From positions 13,578,001-13,642,000 of the forward strand of contig NC_043006.1 of NCBI RefSeq assembly GCF_006345805.1: a stretch of 64,000 nucleotides of DNA, read 5' to 3'. Position 1 is the stretch's first letter; every line of letters starts with the position of its first letter. Both the position numbers and the translations under genes were made by a program. The notes under the pieces were generated by a model, which was given only the letters and a program-made list of their open reading frames with translations, searched no databases and had not been told where the DNA came from. Below, one piece after another: positions 25,303 through 36,830 of this stretch. The stretch is from Octopus sinensis (lineage: Eukaryota).

Positions 25303-25696
25303 AGCGCAAGCGTGACTGTGTGGTAAGAAGACGGTGAGCTGGCAGAAACGTTAGCACGCCGGGAGAAATGCTCAGCGGTATCTCGTCTGCTGTTACGTCC
25401 CGAGTTCAAATCCCGCCGAGGTCGACTTTGCCTTTCATCCTTTCGGGGTCGATAAATTAAGTACCAGTTACGCACTGGGGTCGATGTAATCGACTTAATC
25501 CGTTTGTCTGTCCTTGTTTGTTCTCTCTGTGTTTAGCCCCTTGTGGGCAGTAAAGAAATAAGGAGCTTGCTTTCCAACCACATTGTTCCCGGGTTCAGTC
25601 CCACTGCGTGATACCTTGAGCAACTATCTTCTACTATAGACACATGCTACGCTTTTTGAGTGGATTTGGTTGACGGAACCTGAAAGAAGTCCGTTC
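25303..25696 (+). mobile_element. SINE family B 5' half with SINE family A nested at 25330-25560
   Basis: Family B head GCGCAAGCGTGACTGTGTGGTAAG is broken at 25329 and resumes GCTTGCTTTCCAACCAC after a complete family A copy. Confidence 0.85.
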
Positions 25697-25750
25697 TATA
25701 TTTATATATATATATACACACGCACACACACACACATATATATATATGTG

Positions 25751-25849
<99 letters not shown>

Positions 25850-25885
25850 AGTATATATAAATACATACATATATGTATATATATG

Positions 25886-25945
<60 letters not shown>

Positions 25946-25947
<2 letters not shown>

Positions 25948-26784
25948 AGCAATTAAGGGTTTAGCAACGAATTGCCTTACCGCACACCGAATTTAGAAAT
26001 AGCAGTCAAAGAGATTATAGCTATTTCTTCTACTAAAAGGGAGATCACAGTAAAGACACAGCATTTGAAAGGCAAACACAAACAAGTAAGAGAGAATGAA
26101 TTAACGGCAATCTATCATACAGTTTTAAGTCACCCACGGACGTACGTTTCGAGATCAAGTCTTAGGAAAGCATAAGAATTAGATAATTCTACCTTACCCA
26201 GACTTCTTCTCTCATCAGCGCAGGATACAAACAATCATGAATGATTGTATATTGAATTTTGAGATACTAGAAGGCACCAACTCAACTCAGTATCAGAGCG
26301 AGCTAGAAGCCACAGCTAGTATCACCAAATTCAAAGTGTGAATGAAAGCTTGTGTCACCAGTCCCTTCCCACCCGCGTGTAGCCAAGACAAAATGCTGTG
26401 GTCTATTTACTGGGATGAATATGGTTATCAGTAACAATGAAGGGTGAAATTAATTAATTTGGAATAATTATCAATTACACCAAGTAGTCTTCGGCATGTA
26501 AAAGCCTCATTCGAGGAAAATTTAAGTAATACTAAGCAATTAAGGGTTTAGCAACGAATTGCCTTACCGCACACCGAATTTAGAAATAGCAGTCAAAGAG
26601 ATTATAGCTATTTCTTCTACTAAAAGGGAGATCACAGTAAAGACACAGCATTTGAAAGGCAAACACAAACAGGTAAGAGAGAATGAATTAACGGCAATCT
26701 ATCATGAGGCTTTTACATGCCGAAGACTACTTGGTGTAATTGATAATTATTCCAAATTAATTAATTTCACCCTTCATTGTTACT
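25946..26784. repeat. Direct plus inverted repeat cassette (A-X-B-A-B'), PLE pseudo-LTR-like
   Basis: A = 25946-26118 and 26533-26705 (period 587 bp); B = 26430-26510 with its reverse complement at 26704-26784. Confidence 0.9.
26129..26228 (-). ncRNA. Type I hammerhead ribozyme motif with 61-nt helix II
   Basis: Minus strand CCUGCG-CUGAUGA-GAGA..UCUC-GAAAC-GUAC-GUC^CGUGGG; all three helices pair. Confidence 0.8.
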
Positions 26785-27034
26785 TATATATATATATATA
26801 TATATAGTTAATCCAAACAAGAAAACACAAAAAAAAAATCAGCAACGCGAGGACGTGGAACAAATAAAGTATTATTGGACGCTCAGGAAAGAAGGGAAGA
26901 AGGAGGGTTTAACGTTTCGAGCGGAGCTCTTCGTCGGAAACACAGGAGAAGGAAAGATCCCGAGAAGGGAAGACAGAGGAAAAAAAATCGCTGGCGGTAC
27001 TCACGAGGTCACATATACGTATTTATCCACATAT

Positions 27035-27240
27035 ATCTTTGTCTCCTTATCACCGATTGACAGCTGGCGTTGATGTGTTTATGTCCCTGTAACTTAGCGG
27101 TTCGCCAAAAGGGACGATAGAATATGTACCAGACTTAAAATAAAAAACGTACTGGGGTCGATTCATTCGATTAAAATTCTTAAAATCGTTTCCCCCAACA
27201 TGGCCGCAGTCTAAAGAATGAAACAATTGAAAAGTAAACG
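27035..27240 (+). mobile_element. SINE family B, degenerate 3' half
   Basis: GTAACTTAGCGGTTCG..GGGGTCGATTCATTCG..CAACATGGCCGCAGTC..GAAACAA. Confidence 0.7.
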
Positions 27241-27591
27241 ATAAAAGCCAAATCATTACTGATACCAAGAAAACCCCCATCAAACTACACAGATTGCGTT
27301 GAACATGAGCAGTACTCAGACTGAACACTTGCAAGCCCTCTCTATCATCGATGTCCCTTGCTGGCGAAAGTACAGCATTAACATAGTCAAGACCATATTG
27401 CAAAGACAGTCCAATCTCTTCAGGTCGAGATATTTCAGATACAAACAAAGGCCGATTCTAATTCTACAAAGGTCAAGCGTGAATGCGACAATCAAGGATT
27501 ACTATGACGTGTGTGTGTGTGTGCACACATGATTTCTAGCTCAGTTGCACCGTGACGCAGTAACTTGCACATGCTGTTTTTGCAGGGCAAA

Positions 27592-27964
27592 TCTCTCTAA
27601 ATATAAAGCTGAAGTTGTCTGCGTATGGCAGGTTTGGTAGTCTTCAACTAACACTATCTCCTCTGAGACCCTGCGGCACAAGTTGACCAAAGTTGAGAGT
27701 TTGATAGAAGAAGGCTTGCTCTTCAATCTGTAGGAGATAACATTCAAATCGGACCATGTTAAAACCAAAAATTATTTTCATCAAAAAAGTGCTTTTTTCT
27801 ATGAAAATCCCTATTTTTTACAATTTTTTGATTGCTGTGTCGCCATTTTTCGGTGTATTTCAACCAGAAAAATGTTCACTTAAAGAGAATAACAAGCTAC
27901 TTTTCAAAAATTCCAATTCTAAAGGGTCGAAACAAACCCGAGCAACGCCGGGCGATACTGCTAG
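27592..27964 (+). mobile_element. Non-autonomous Helitron-like element
   Basis: A|TC start, 3' hairpin CCCGAGCAACGCCGGG then CTAG|T; the 3' end is the same as at 39303 and 55722. Confidence 0.75.
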
Positions 27965-28160
27965 TTGTTAGATATACTACTAATATTAATAATGCTAATA
28001 AATTTTTGTATAGAAAAACTAAACTGTTAAGACCTTTAATAACAGAATGTTATAGATATGGTAAATTGGTTAAAACTTTTAATCGCTGTTCAGGTAGAAA
28101 ACTTGAAATTTTAAATAAATATTGGGTAATATCGAGTCTTCGACTTAGCAAATATTTGTA
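27965..28160 (+). pseudogene. Possible PLE reverse transcriptase thumb relic
   Basis: NKFLYRKTKLLRPLITECYRYGKLVKTFNR..ILNKY resembles the F..R.K.L...L....Y....L.K.F pattern of PLE thumbs (from memory). Confidence 0.4.
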
Positions 28161-28381
28161 AGGATTTTGAATGTTTACGATTCAAGTTATTTGTTTACTA
28201 CGTCACCAATATTGTTTGCGACAATTGAGAAAGTGGTAATTACGCACTATGTCATCAATAGTTAAGCTAGTCCTTTAAAATCTTGGAGATGGAACCGCGC
28301 GTCTGATAAAACACATGTGTTGATTTTTCGTTTTTGGATTTGGTTTGCAAGATTTTTATATGAGTTCGTGTGTTGAAGCAT

Positions 28382-29956
28382 ATTCTGTTGTGTCTGGGGA
28401 GAGTCATTTTCTTTTTGTGCCTTATTTATTATTTAACACACTCCCCGGTAAAATTTCCACATATTCCTTATTTTTTTTCCTAAAATTTTCGTTGTGTCTT
28501 GCAACCTTTTCAATAGTTTTGACTCTAAAACTATTGAAAAGGTTGCAAGACGCAACGAAAATTTTGAGAAAATAAAAAAAAAGGAAAAAAGTGGAAATTT
28601 TACCAGTGAGTGTGTTATATTATAAGGCACAAAAAGAAAATGACTCTCCCCAGACACAACAGAACCTGTGTTAATACTTGTAGCTTTATTATCTTTTAAA
28701 CAGTTTCAATTAGCTTTAACCATAGCAACGTTTTATAATAATAGTTAATTACAAGTACTTTTATTAGTTCCGATTTAATAAAATTTAATGTTTCAAATAG
28801 TTACTGGTAATTTGATATTATAGCTTGTAGTGGTGATATATTAATGAGTTTTATCATAAACTTTTGAATGATGAAATTATGTATTTCACCCATAATTATT
28901 ATATTATCAATTAAATTAAATTCAATCGCGTTTCTTTTGGTTTGGAGAGATTCGTATAAAGCTTTAACTTATATTGCAATAGTAACTATGGAATACTGAT
29001 GGAATTATTATTTGTATGAACTTCAAGATTGGTCGCGGTTTAGCATATGATTTAGTTATTGCAAGTTTACTATTATGATCGATACGATGTACATCGGTTT
29101 ATATGTTTCTTTGCAATAACTTGCAATAACTAAATCATATGCTAAACCGCGACCAATCTTGAAGTTCATACAAATAATAATTCCATCAGTATTCCATAGT
29201 TACTACTGCAATATAAGTTAAAGCTTTATAGGAATCTCTCCAAACCAAAAGAAACGCGATTGAATTTAATTTAATTGATAATATAATAAGGAGGAGGGGG
29301 GAAGCACTCCGTCGGTTACGACGACGAGGGTTCCGGTTGATCCGAATCAACGGAACAGCCTGCTCGTGAAATTAACGTGTAAGTGGCTGAGCACTCCACA
29401 GACACGTGTACCCTTAACGTAGTTCTCGGGGATATTCAGCGTGACACAGAGAGTGACAAGGCTGGCCCTTTGAAATACAGGTACAACAGAAACAGGAAGA
29501 AAGAGTGAGAGAAAGTTGTGGTGAAAGAGTACAGGAGGGATCACCACCATCCCCTGCCGGAGCCTCGTGGAGCTTTAGATGTTTTCGCTCAATAAACACT
29601 CACAACGCTCGGTCTGGGAATCGAAACCGCGATCCTATGACCGCGAGTCCGCTGCCCTATCCACTGGGCCATTGCGCCTCCTGATAATATAATAATTATG
29701 GGTGAAATACATAATTTCATCATTCAAAAGTTTATGATAAAACTCATTAATATATCACCACTACAAGCTATAATATCAAATTACCAGTAACTATTTGAAA
29801 CATTAAATTTTATTAAATCGGAACTAATAAAAGTACTTGTAATTAACTATTATTATAAAACGTTGCTATGGTTAAAGCTAATTGAAACTGTTTAAAAGAT
29901 AATAAAGCTACAAGTATTAACACAGGTTCTGTTGTGTCTGGGGAGAGTCATTTTTT
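28382..29956. repeat. Two chained palindromes sharing the TTCTGTTGTGTCTGGGGAGAGTCATTT module
   Basis: Hairpin 1: arms ~28382-28520 and ~28528-28666. Hairpin 2: arms ~28638-29067 and 29118-29956 (right arm contains a SINE), 50-bp loop. Confidence 0.92.
29290..29681 (-). mobile_element. SINE family C, tail type 2, with 14-bp TSD
   Basis: TSD TGATAATATAATAA at 29276-29289 and 29682-29695; empty site visible in the opposite palindrome arm. Confidence 0.93.
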
Positions 29957-29985
29957 ATAAAGTTACTGTTTAATGCTGCCTATAA

Positions 29986-30184
29986 GGAAGCACTCCGTCG
30001 GTTGCGACGATGAGGGTTCCGGTTGATCCGATCAACGGAACAGCCTGGTCGTGAAATTAACGTGTAAGTGGCTGAGCACTCCACTGACACGTGTACCCTT
30101 ACCGTAGTTCTCAGGGATATTCAGCGTGACACAGAGAGTGAGAAGGCCGGCCCTTTGAAACAACAGAAACAGGAAGTAAGAGTG
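29986..30184 (-). mobile_element. SINE family C, 3' (tail type 2) fragment
   Basis: AAGCACTCCGTCGGTT..CACAGAGAGTGA matches the tail of the 29290 copy. Confidence 0.85.
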
Positions 30185-30663
30185 ATCTGCCTATAAATTG
30201 ACTGATTGAATGAATGTGGTTATGAAACTTTCAATTTTATATTATACTATGGAAGACGGTAGGGGGTTATAATTTTTGTTTGACTTAATAGAGTTGTCGT
30301 TGTTTAGTTACGTATTTAGGAGTTGGTTGTAATTTACTTACTGAATTTATTTACCGATTCGGTTGTACATAAGGTAAATGTGTTTGAAAGTTGTGGTTTC
30401 TCTGACATGTTTGTTCCCAAACAGCGCTTACATTAGTGCTGTTGACATCCCCAGGTTGAATGGTACTGCCCAGGTGTCGAAATCATAATGATGTCCGTGG
30501 GGCAACTGATGATGGAGATATGTTTGATTGTTGGTATGGATGTTTTGTGCATGTGGAATAGTATTATAACACACCCGTTTGACATATATTTTCTACTACA
30601 GCTCTCGGGTGACCGATGCCTTGTAAGTGAATTTGGGACACGGAAACTTTGTGGAAGTTCGTC

Positions 30664-30715
<52 letters not shown>

Positions 30716-30718
<3 letters not shown>

Positions 30719-31061
30719 GTGGTAAGAAGCTTTCCTCCTAACCACATGCTTCCGGGTTCAGTCCCACTGCATGGCACCGAAGCCTTGTGAGTGGATTTCA
30801 GAAACTGAAAGAAGCCCGCTGTGCGTGTGTGTGTGTGTGAGAGAGAGAGAGAGTATGTCTTTGTGTCTGTGTTTGTCCTCCGCCACCGCTTGATAACCGG
30901 TGTTGGTGTATTTACGTCCCCGAGGCTTAGCGGTTCTGCTAAGGGACCGATAGAGAAGGCGCCAGACTAAAAAAATAAGTCGTGTGGTCGAGTTGTTCGA
31001 CTAAAACCATTCAACGTGGTACCCCAGCATGGCTACAGTCAAATGGCTGAAGCAGGTAGAA
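30716..31061 (+). mobile_element. SINE family B, degenerate
   Basis: TGTGGTAAGAAGC..CCGGGTTCAGTCCCACTGC..CCCCAGCATGGCTACAGTCAAATGGCTGAAGCAGG. Confidence 0.8.
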
Positions 31062-31069
31062 GATAATAG

Positions 31070-31431
31070 GGGGCTAATACAGTTTCGCACTTCTTGAAAA
31101 ATGCATTTTTTTATAAAGTTTTAGATGTCGGAGATTACGAATATGCAAAAAAAAAAAGGGATAAACGATTATTTAAGGCAAACACAAGTAAAACGCAAAT
31201 TCTTTTCACTTCAATGCTTTTGTCTGTATTTAATTTCGATTTGCATATGTTCGTCAATTCGCTATGATCTCTTTAAAGTAAAGAAAATTAAAAATTTTAA
31301 TGTTGGGTGAAATTAAAAATTTTTTTTTGTTTTGCATATTCCTAATTTCCGACATCTAAAACGTAGGAATCCGAAAAACTTTTTCAAAAAATTGCATTTT
31401 TCATAGAGAGGTGCGAAACTGCATTAGCCCC
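31070..31431. mobile_element. MITE with long terminal inverted repeats and 8-bp TSD
   Basis: TIR GGGGCTAAT(A/G)CAGTTTCGCAC and a further inverted block TTTAGATGTCGGA..ATATGCAAAA; flanks GATAATAG / GATAATAT. Confidence 0.8.
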
Positions 31432-31680
31432 GATAATATATATATATATATACAAACATTTTTATAATTATGAGTATAATTATAACTTCTAAATTTCTAA
31501 ATTTCTAAATCTCGGTATGTGGTGAAGCAAATCTTTTGCTGAACCCTAATTATAATTATACTCCTAATTATAAAGAATTTTGTTTAAGTTTACCGATAAT
31601 GGTTCTTTTAACATGCCGAACTACCTGGTGAAATTATTAATTATTAATTAATTAATTAACTTAACCCTTTATTATTATTG

Positions 31681-31724
<44 letters not shown>

Positions 31725-31832
31725 GGATAAAATCAATATAAGAATTTATCAAGTAGTCAGCGTTAAAAAAATAGTTGAGGGAAAAATTTATACAAAATGT
31801 ATAATTAACTTTTATCTTTTAAATACATTTAT

Positions 31833-33672
31833 TTTCACTCACAGGAAATCCAATGAGGGTAAATGAAATACTAAATGAGCAATTCAAGAGTATTTTCACT
31901 GCACCCCTAGGGCATTTTCAAGTCAGCAATCCAACTGACTTCTTTACCACTGCAGATATAAAATCAGAGGCAGCGATGATTGATTACATCAATATAAAGG
32001 AAGACGATGTAATAAAGGCTATAGATGAACTTAAAACAAACTCAGCTACTGGCGCCGATGGATTCCCAGCAATCCTTCTAAAAGTATGTAAGAGAGTCCT
32101 AGCAAGACCACTGCAGTTCCTCTTTCAGAGCTTCCTTGCAACTGGCAAACTTCCAAGAAAACTGAAGGAAGGTAAAATATGCCCTATTCATAAAGGAGGT
32201 AGCAGAGCGGAGGCCAAGAACTACAGACCTATCTCTCTGACCTCACACATCAGCAAGGTCATGGAACGAATAGTCAGAAGGAAACTAATCACCTTCCTTG
32301 AAGAAAATGACTTGCTGCCTTACACCCAACATGGTTTCCAACCAGGAAGAAGCTGCTTAACTCAGCTCCTACAACACTATGACTGGGTGCTGAAACGACT
32401 GCTCAACCACTCAAATGTGGAAGTGATATATCTCGACTTTGCAAAGGCCTTTGATAAAGTCGATCATGGAATGATATGTCACAAACTGCGTGATCTTGGC
32501 ATAGTTGGAAAATTGGGAGAATGGCTTCATGACTTTCTGAAGGATAGAAGTCAGGTGGTAGTAGCCAATGGGGCCACTTCCATTAACACGCAAATAGTGA
32601 GCGGTGTTCCGCAAGGCACTGTTTTGGGACCACTACTGTTCATAATGGCCCTCTCAGACATGCCCTCAGCCACGCAGAGAGCCACAATCACAAGTTATGC
32701 AGATGAAACAAAAGTTTCACAAGCAATACAGAACCCTGAGGACACTAAACACCTGCAATGTGAGCTGGACAAAATATACAAGTGGCCTGAAAAGAATAGT
32801 ATGCAGTTCAATGCTGAAAAGTTTCAAGCTTTATACGATCAGCATGCAAAACTAAATGCAATACTCAATAAATACACTAGACCTGGAGGGATTGCAATCC
32901 CAGAGGCACAATCAGTGCGAGACCTGGGTATTTACATGAGTGATGATACAACCTTTCATGTGAATGTTGCTAAATTGGCAATGAAATGTAGGCGGCTGAC
33001 CGGATGGATTCTTAGAACCTTTAGAACAAGAGACCAGGAAACCATGATGGTCCTCTGGAGGACACTTGTCCTAAGCCACTTTGACTACTGCTCTCAGCTA
33101 TGGTCACCATCCAGTGTCAAGTTAATCACAGAACTTGAGGCGATCCAACGAAGCTACACGAAGATAGCCTCTGTGCAGCATATAAGCTATTGGGAAAGAC
33201 TCAAGAGATTGAGACTCTATTCCTTAGAGCGTAGGCGAGAAAGATATGCCATAATATACATCTGGAAGATCCTAGAAGGACTTGTCCCAAACTTTGGCAT
33301 CGAGAGTTACACAAATGCCAGAACTTGGCGCCACTGCATAGTGCCAAGGACTCCAAATTTGCCATCAAGATGTAGGACAAGATACTGTGATAGCCTGGGC
33401 TTCCGAGGCCCATAGCTCTTCAATATCCTCCCGAAGAACATAAGGGACCTGCATGGGGTGGATAAAGATGTCTTTAAAACTGGATCTCTTCTTGTCAGGT
33501 GCCCCAGATGAGCAAACTTCACGGCAGGAGGTGCAGATGAGGGCAGCTGCATCGAACTCTCTCATGCACCAAATGGCAATTGCTAAAAAGCATTCGTGAA
33601 GTAAAATCATGTAGCAACACCAAATGGCGGTGACCCAGCATGGCCACAGCTTGTGAGCTGAAACTAGATAAA
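31833..33672 (+). mobile_element. CR1-group LINE, 5'-truncated
   Basis: RT-encoding ORF followed by a 3' UTR ending GGCGGTGACCCAGCATGGCCACAGC..GAAACTAGATAAA. Confidence 0.9.
31853..33415 (+). CDS. LINE reverse transcriptase ORF (520 aa, no endonuclease domain, YADE in place of YADD)
   Basis: NYRPISLTS, QHGFQPGRSC, YLDFAKAFDKV, SGVPQGTVLGPLLF, YADETK, RDLGI; uninterrupted frame. Confidence 0.8.
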   Translation: MRVNEILNEQFKSIFTAPLGHFQVSNPTDFFTTADIKSEAAMIDYINIKEDDVIKAIDELKTNSATGADGFPAILLKVCKRVLARPLQFLFQSFLATGKLPRKLKEGKICPIHKGGSRAEAKNYRPISLTSHISKVMERIVRRKLITFLEENDLLPYTQHGFQPGRSCLTQLLQHYDWVLKRLLNHSNVEVIYLDFAKAFDKVDHGMICHKLRDLGIVGKLGEWLHDFLKDRSQVVVANGATSINTQIVSGVPQGTVLGPLLFIMALSDMPSATQRATITSYADETKVSQAIQNPEDTKHLQCELDKIYKWPEKNSMQFNAEKFQALYDQHAKLNAILNKYTRPGGIAIPEAQSVRDLGIYMSDDTTFHVNVAKLAMKCRRLTGWILRTFRTRDQETMMVLWRTLVLSHFDYCSQLWSPSSVKLITELEAIQRSYTKIASVQHISYWERLKRLRLYSLERRRERYAIIYIWKILEGLVPNFGIESYTNARTWRHCIVPRTPNLPSRCRTRYCDSLGFRGP

Positions 33673-33719
33673 TTTTTTTTAAATAAATATTATTATATTA
33701 AGGGCATTACAACACGTAA

Positions 33720-34575
33720 ATACCTCACGCTATAAGGGACTCTCAGAGTCAAAACTGCCTTAATAAATATACAGTGTACTGACATCGAGGGAATGCAACT
33801 TGGAAGTCGTCTCTTGATTTCGTAGTTAGTGTACATAAATCCACTTTCTAATTGTCGGTGCAGGCATAATCAGAACACATAAAAATGAACAAAATTCACA
33901 TACCAGACGAACACCAAATATATTCAGCATAACACATAGAAATGTTCACACTAATATATCCATGTAAAAGGTGGACTTTTCAAATTACCTCTTGATACAC
34001 GTATCCCAATACTGACCACGATGTAGGGATAGAAGCATGCGTGGATGCCTTCGAAAAGCGGTCAACTTCTTGCATTTCTGTGACTGTTATTTGCATCTAG
34101 TCTTTCAAAAACTAGCGTTGAATTTTTGGACACAAAAGTTAAGTTTTCTGAAGTTAAGTGACAGAGTTATTTTGGAAGCCCACGTCATCCCGCATTTATC
34201 TCCATCGCCACCGAATTCGAAATCCCAATTTTTTTAGGATAAAACGGATTTGTACTGACATAAGGGATTGCTGGAAGCACGCAAATGCATTTATACGTCA
34301 TTATGTCAAACCCAGTTACAGTGAATTACGATTGAAGGAAATAGCGAGTGAAATAGCTAAGATTAGCAAAGGTAGTCAAACTATCACGCATGATTTTAGC
34401 AAATACAATACAATATGTGATAGAATTCCTTTAGTGATTAACCAGCACTGAAATCTCGCTGGCATTTCAAAAGTGTTGCATGAAAGATACCAGCATGTGG
34501 CGAAAAAATATCCTCGTTTCAAACAGATATTTCCACAGCCGCCTTGAGACGGAATAAAAATATAAGAGAATTATT
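33720..34575 (+). pseudogene. Penelope-like element RT relic (Poseidon-like)
   Basis: Fragments YPN.DHDVGIEAC, SVEFLDTKV, FRIKRICTD, IPLVI..H, FKQIFPQPP..RRNKNIRELL. Confidence 0.7.
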
Positions 34576-35662
34576 GACCTCTATTTCTGATTCAAAGAAA
34601 GCTAACACTGGAGTAGCTTTCTTCCCTCTTTTCATATTAAGTACTGAGCATTTGGTGATCCCAAATCCCATACCGATATCTTTACCACACTTCTAGACAG
34701 TTTTGGTTAAGGAACCTATCTGTTTTTCAGATTTCCCAAACAATTTTAGGTTATCCATAAACAGAAGGTGGTTCAATGATGAGACTTTCTTCCCACATCG
34801 GTAACACCTCTTAACTTTCGTAAGTATCACTGTTATGGGTAATAGTGCATCTACAAATAGTAACGGAGAAAACGAGTCACCTTGCAGGATTCCCCTTTTA
34901 ATGCTGACTTCTCTAAGGATTACATTACTTGAGTATAATCTGGTTTTACACTCTTTCATGCTATGCATCAGAAAGTTTGTGATGTTGTCAGCAACACCAA
35001 ACATCTGCAGGCATTCAACGATCCAAGAATGAGGCATCGTATCATATACCTTCTTAAATTCAATCCAATCCATAAACATGTACGATGCTTTTACAATGCT
35101 TCAAAACTGTTTTATCGATGACCAGGTGATCCTTGATACCCTGAGAACACTTCATACATCCTTTTTGTTCCCTTAGTAGTACTTCGTCCTGTGACAGGAA
35201 ATTGTATGTCTTTGCCGCACATATTCCAGTGAGTATCTTCAAGATTAGTTTCCCACAATATTCCCCTTTCTTCTATCTTTCATTACAAGTGTTTTCCTCC
35301 CAGTCACCATCCACACGCGGGTACTGTACCTTTCTGGACACACTCAATTGGGCTGCTAGATTTTCATGCACCGCATGGCATCTCTTCAGCCAGAAGCCAC
35401 GAATACCATCTGTCCCGAGGGCTTTCAGTTAGGCACTTTACCCACTTCTTTCACATCACCCGTGCTTAAGACAATAATCCTTTGTTTCTTTCTTCCTTGT
35501 AAGTCTGTCTTCATAGTTCCTATCCACATTGTTTCCCTATAATCCGCTCCGGAACTCATTGGCGTGATTTGCACGGGAGCAACATTTCCCCCAATCTTTC
35601 GGAAGAATTGCTTGGGGTTATTTTTGAACAATCTGTTCTCCTCGAACTGCTTATTTCTGTTA

Positions 35663-36046
35663 GTGGAGGCGCAATGGCCCAGTGGTTAGGGCAGCGGACT
35701 CGCGGTCGTAGGATCGCGGTTTCGATTCCCAGACCGGGCATTGTGAGTGTTTATTGAGCGAAAACACCTAAAGCTTTACAAGGCTCCTGCAGGGGGGGGG
35801 GGTAAACCCTGCTGTACTCTTTCACCACAACTTTCTCTCACTCTTACTTCCTGTTTCTGTTGTACCTGTATTTCAAAGGGCCAGCCTTGTCACTCTCTGT
35901 GTCACGCTGAATCTCCTCGAGAACTACGTTAAGGGTACACGTGTCTCTGGAGTGCTCAGCCACTTGCACGTTAATTCCACGAGCAAGCGTTCCATTGATG
36001 GTATCAGCTGGGACCCTCATCGTCGTAACCGACGGAGTGCTCCTAC
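35663..36046 (+). mobile_element. SINE family C, tail type 2, with 11-bp TSD
   Basis: TSD TATTTCTGTTA at 35652-35662 and 36047-36057. Confidence 0.93.
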
Positions 36047-36446
36047 TATTTCTGTTAACAAATCTTCTGATCTTCTGGCTTTTTACCATGATCCTCTGTT
36101 TTTACTGCTCTATTACTGCATCAAACCTGTTCTTCGGTATTTTATATTTCTTCTCTAAGTTTTCTCGGTCGATCTTTTTTCCATTTTCCCAGTTTCCTCT
36201 AAACTATTGCTCAATTTTTCCTAGAGCTTGCCTTGTCTGCATTATATCCCTTTCAATGCGTCGTTTCCACCATGGCTCTTTTGCTCCACCATTTTTTGTT
36301 CTCTAAAGTTGTAATTTCTCCTCAACAAGTAATGCAGTAGCTCGGAGAGGATTCCTTGTTTGTGTTATGTCCTTCGTCTAGATGTATGGTATGACAGTAT
36401 TTATATTTTGTGTTACTTTATTTATCATACTCCTATCTACCCTTCT

Positions 36447-36830
36447 GTGGAGGCGCAATGGCCCAGTGGTTAGGGCAGCGGACTCGCGGTCATAGGATCG
36501 CGGTTTCGATTCCCAGACCGGGCCTTGTGAGTTTTTATTGAGCGAAAACACCTAAAAGCTCCACGAGGCCCCGGCAGGGGATGGTGATGATCCCTGCTGT
36601 ACTCTTTCACCACAACCTTCTCTCACTCTTACTTCCTGTTTCTGTTGTACCTGTACTTCAAAGGGCCGGCCTTGTCACTCTCTGTGTCACGCTGAATATC
36701 CCCGAGAACTACGTTAAGGGTGCACGTGTCTGTGGAGTGCTCAGCCACTTACACGTTAATTTCACGAGCAGGCTGTTCCGTTGATCGGATCAACCGGAAC
36801 CCTCGTCGTCGTAACCGACGGAGTGCTTCC
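36447..36830 (+). mobile_element. SINE family C, tail type 2, with 12-bp TSD
   Basis: TSD ATCTACCCTTCT at 36435-36446 and 36831-36842. Confidence 0.93.
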
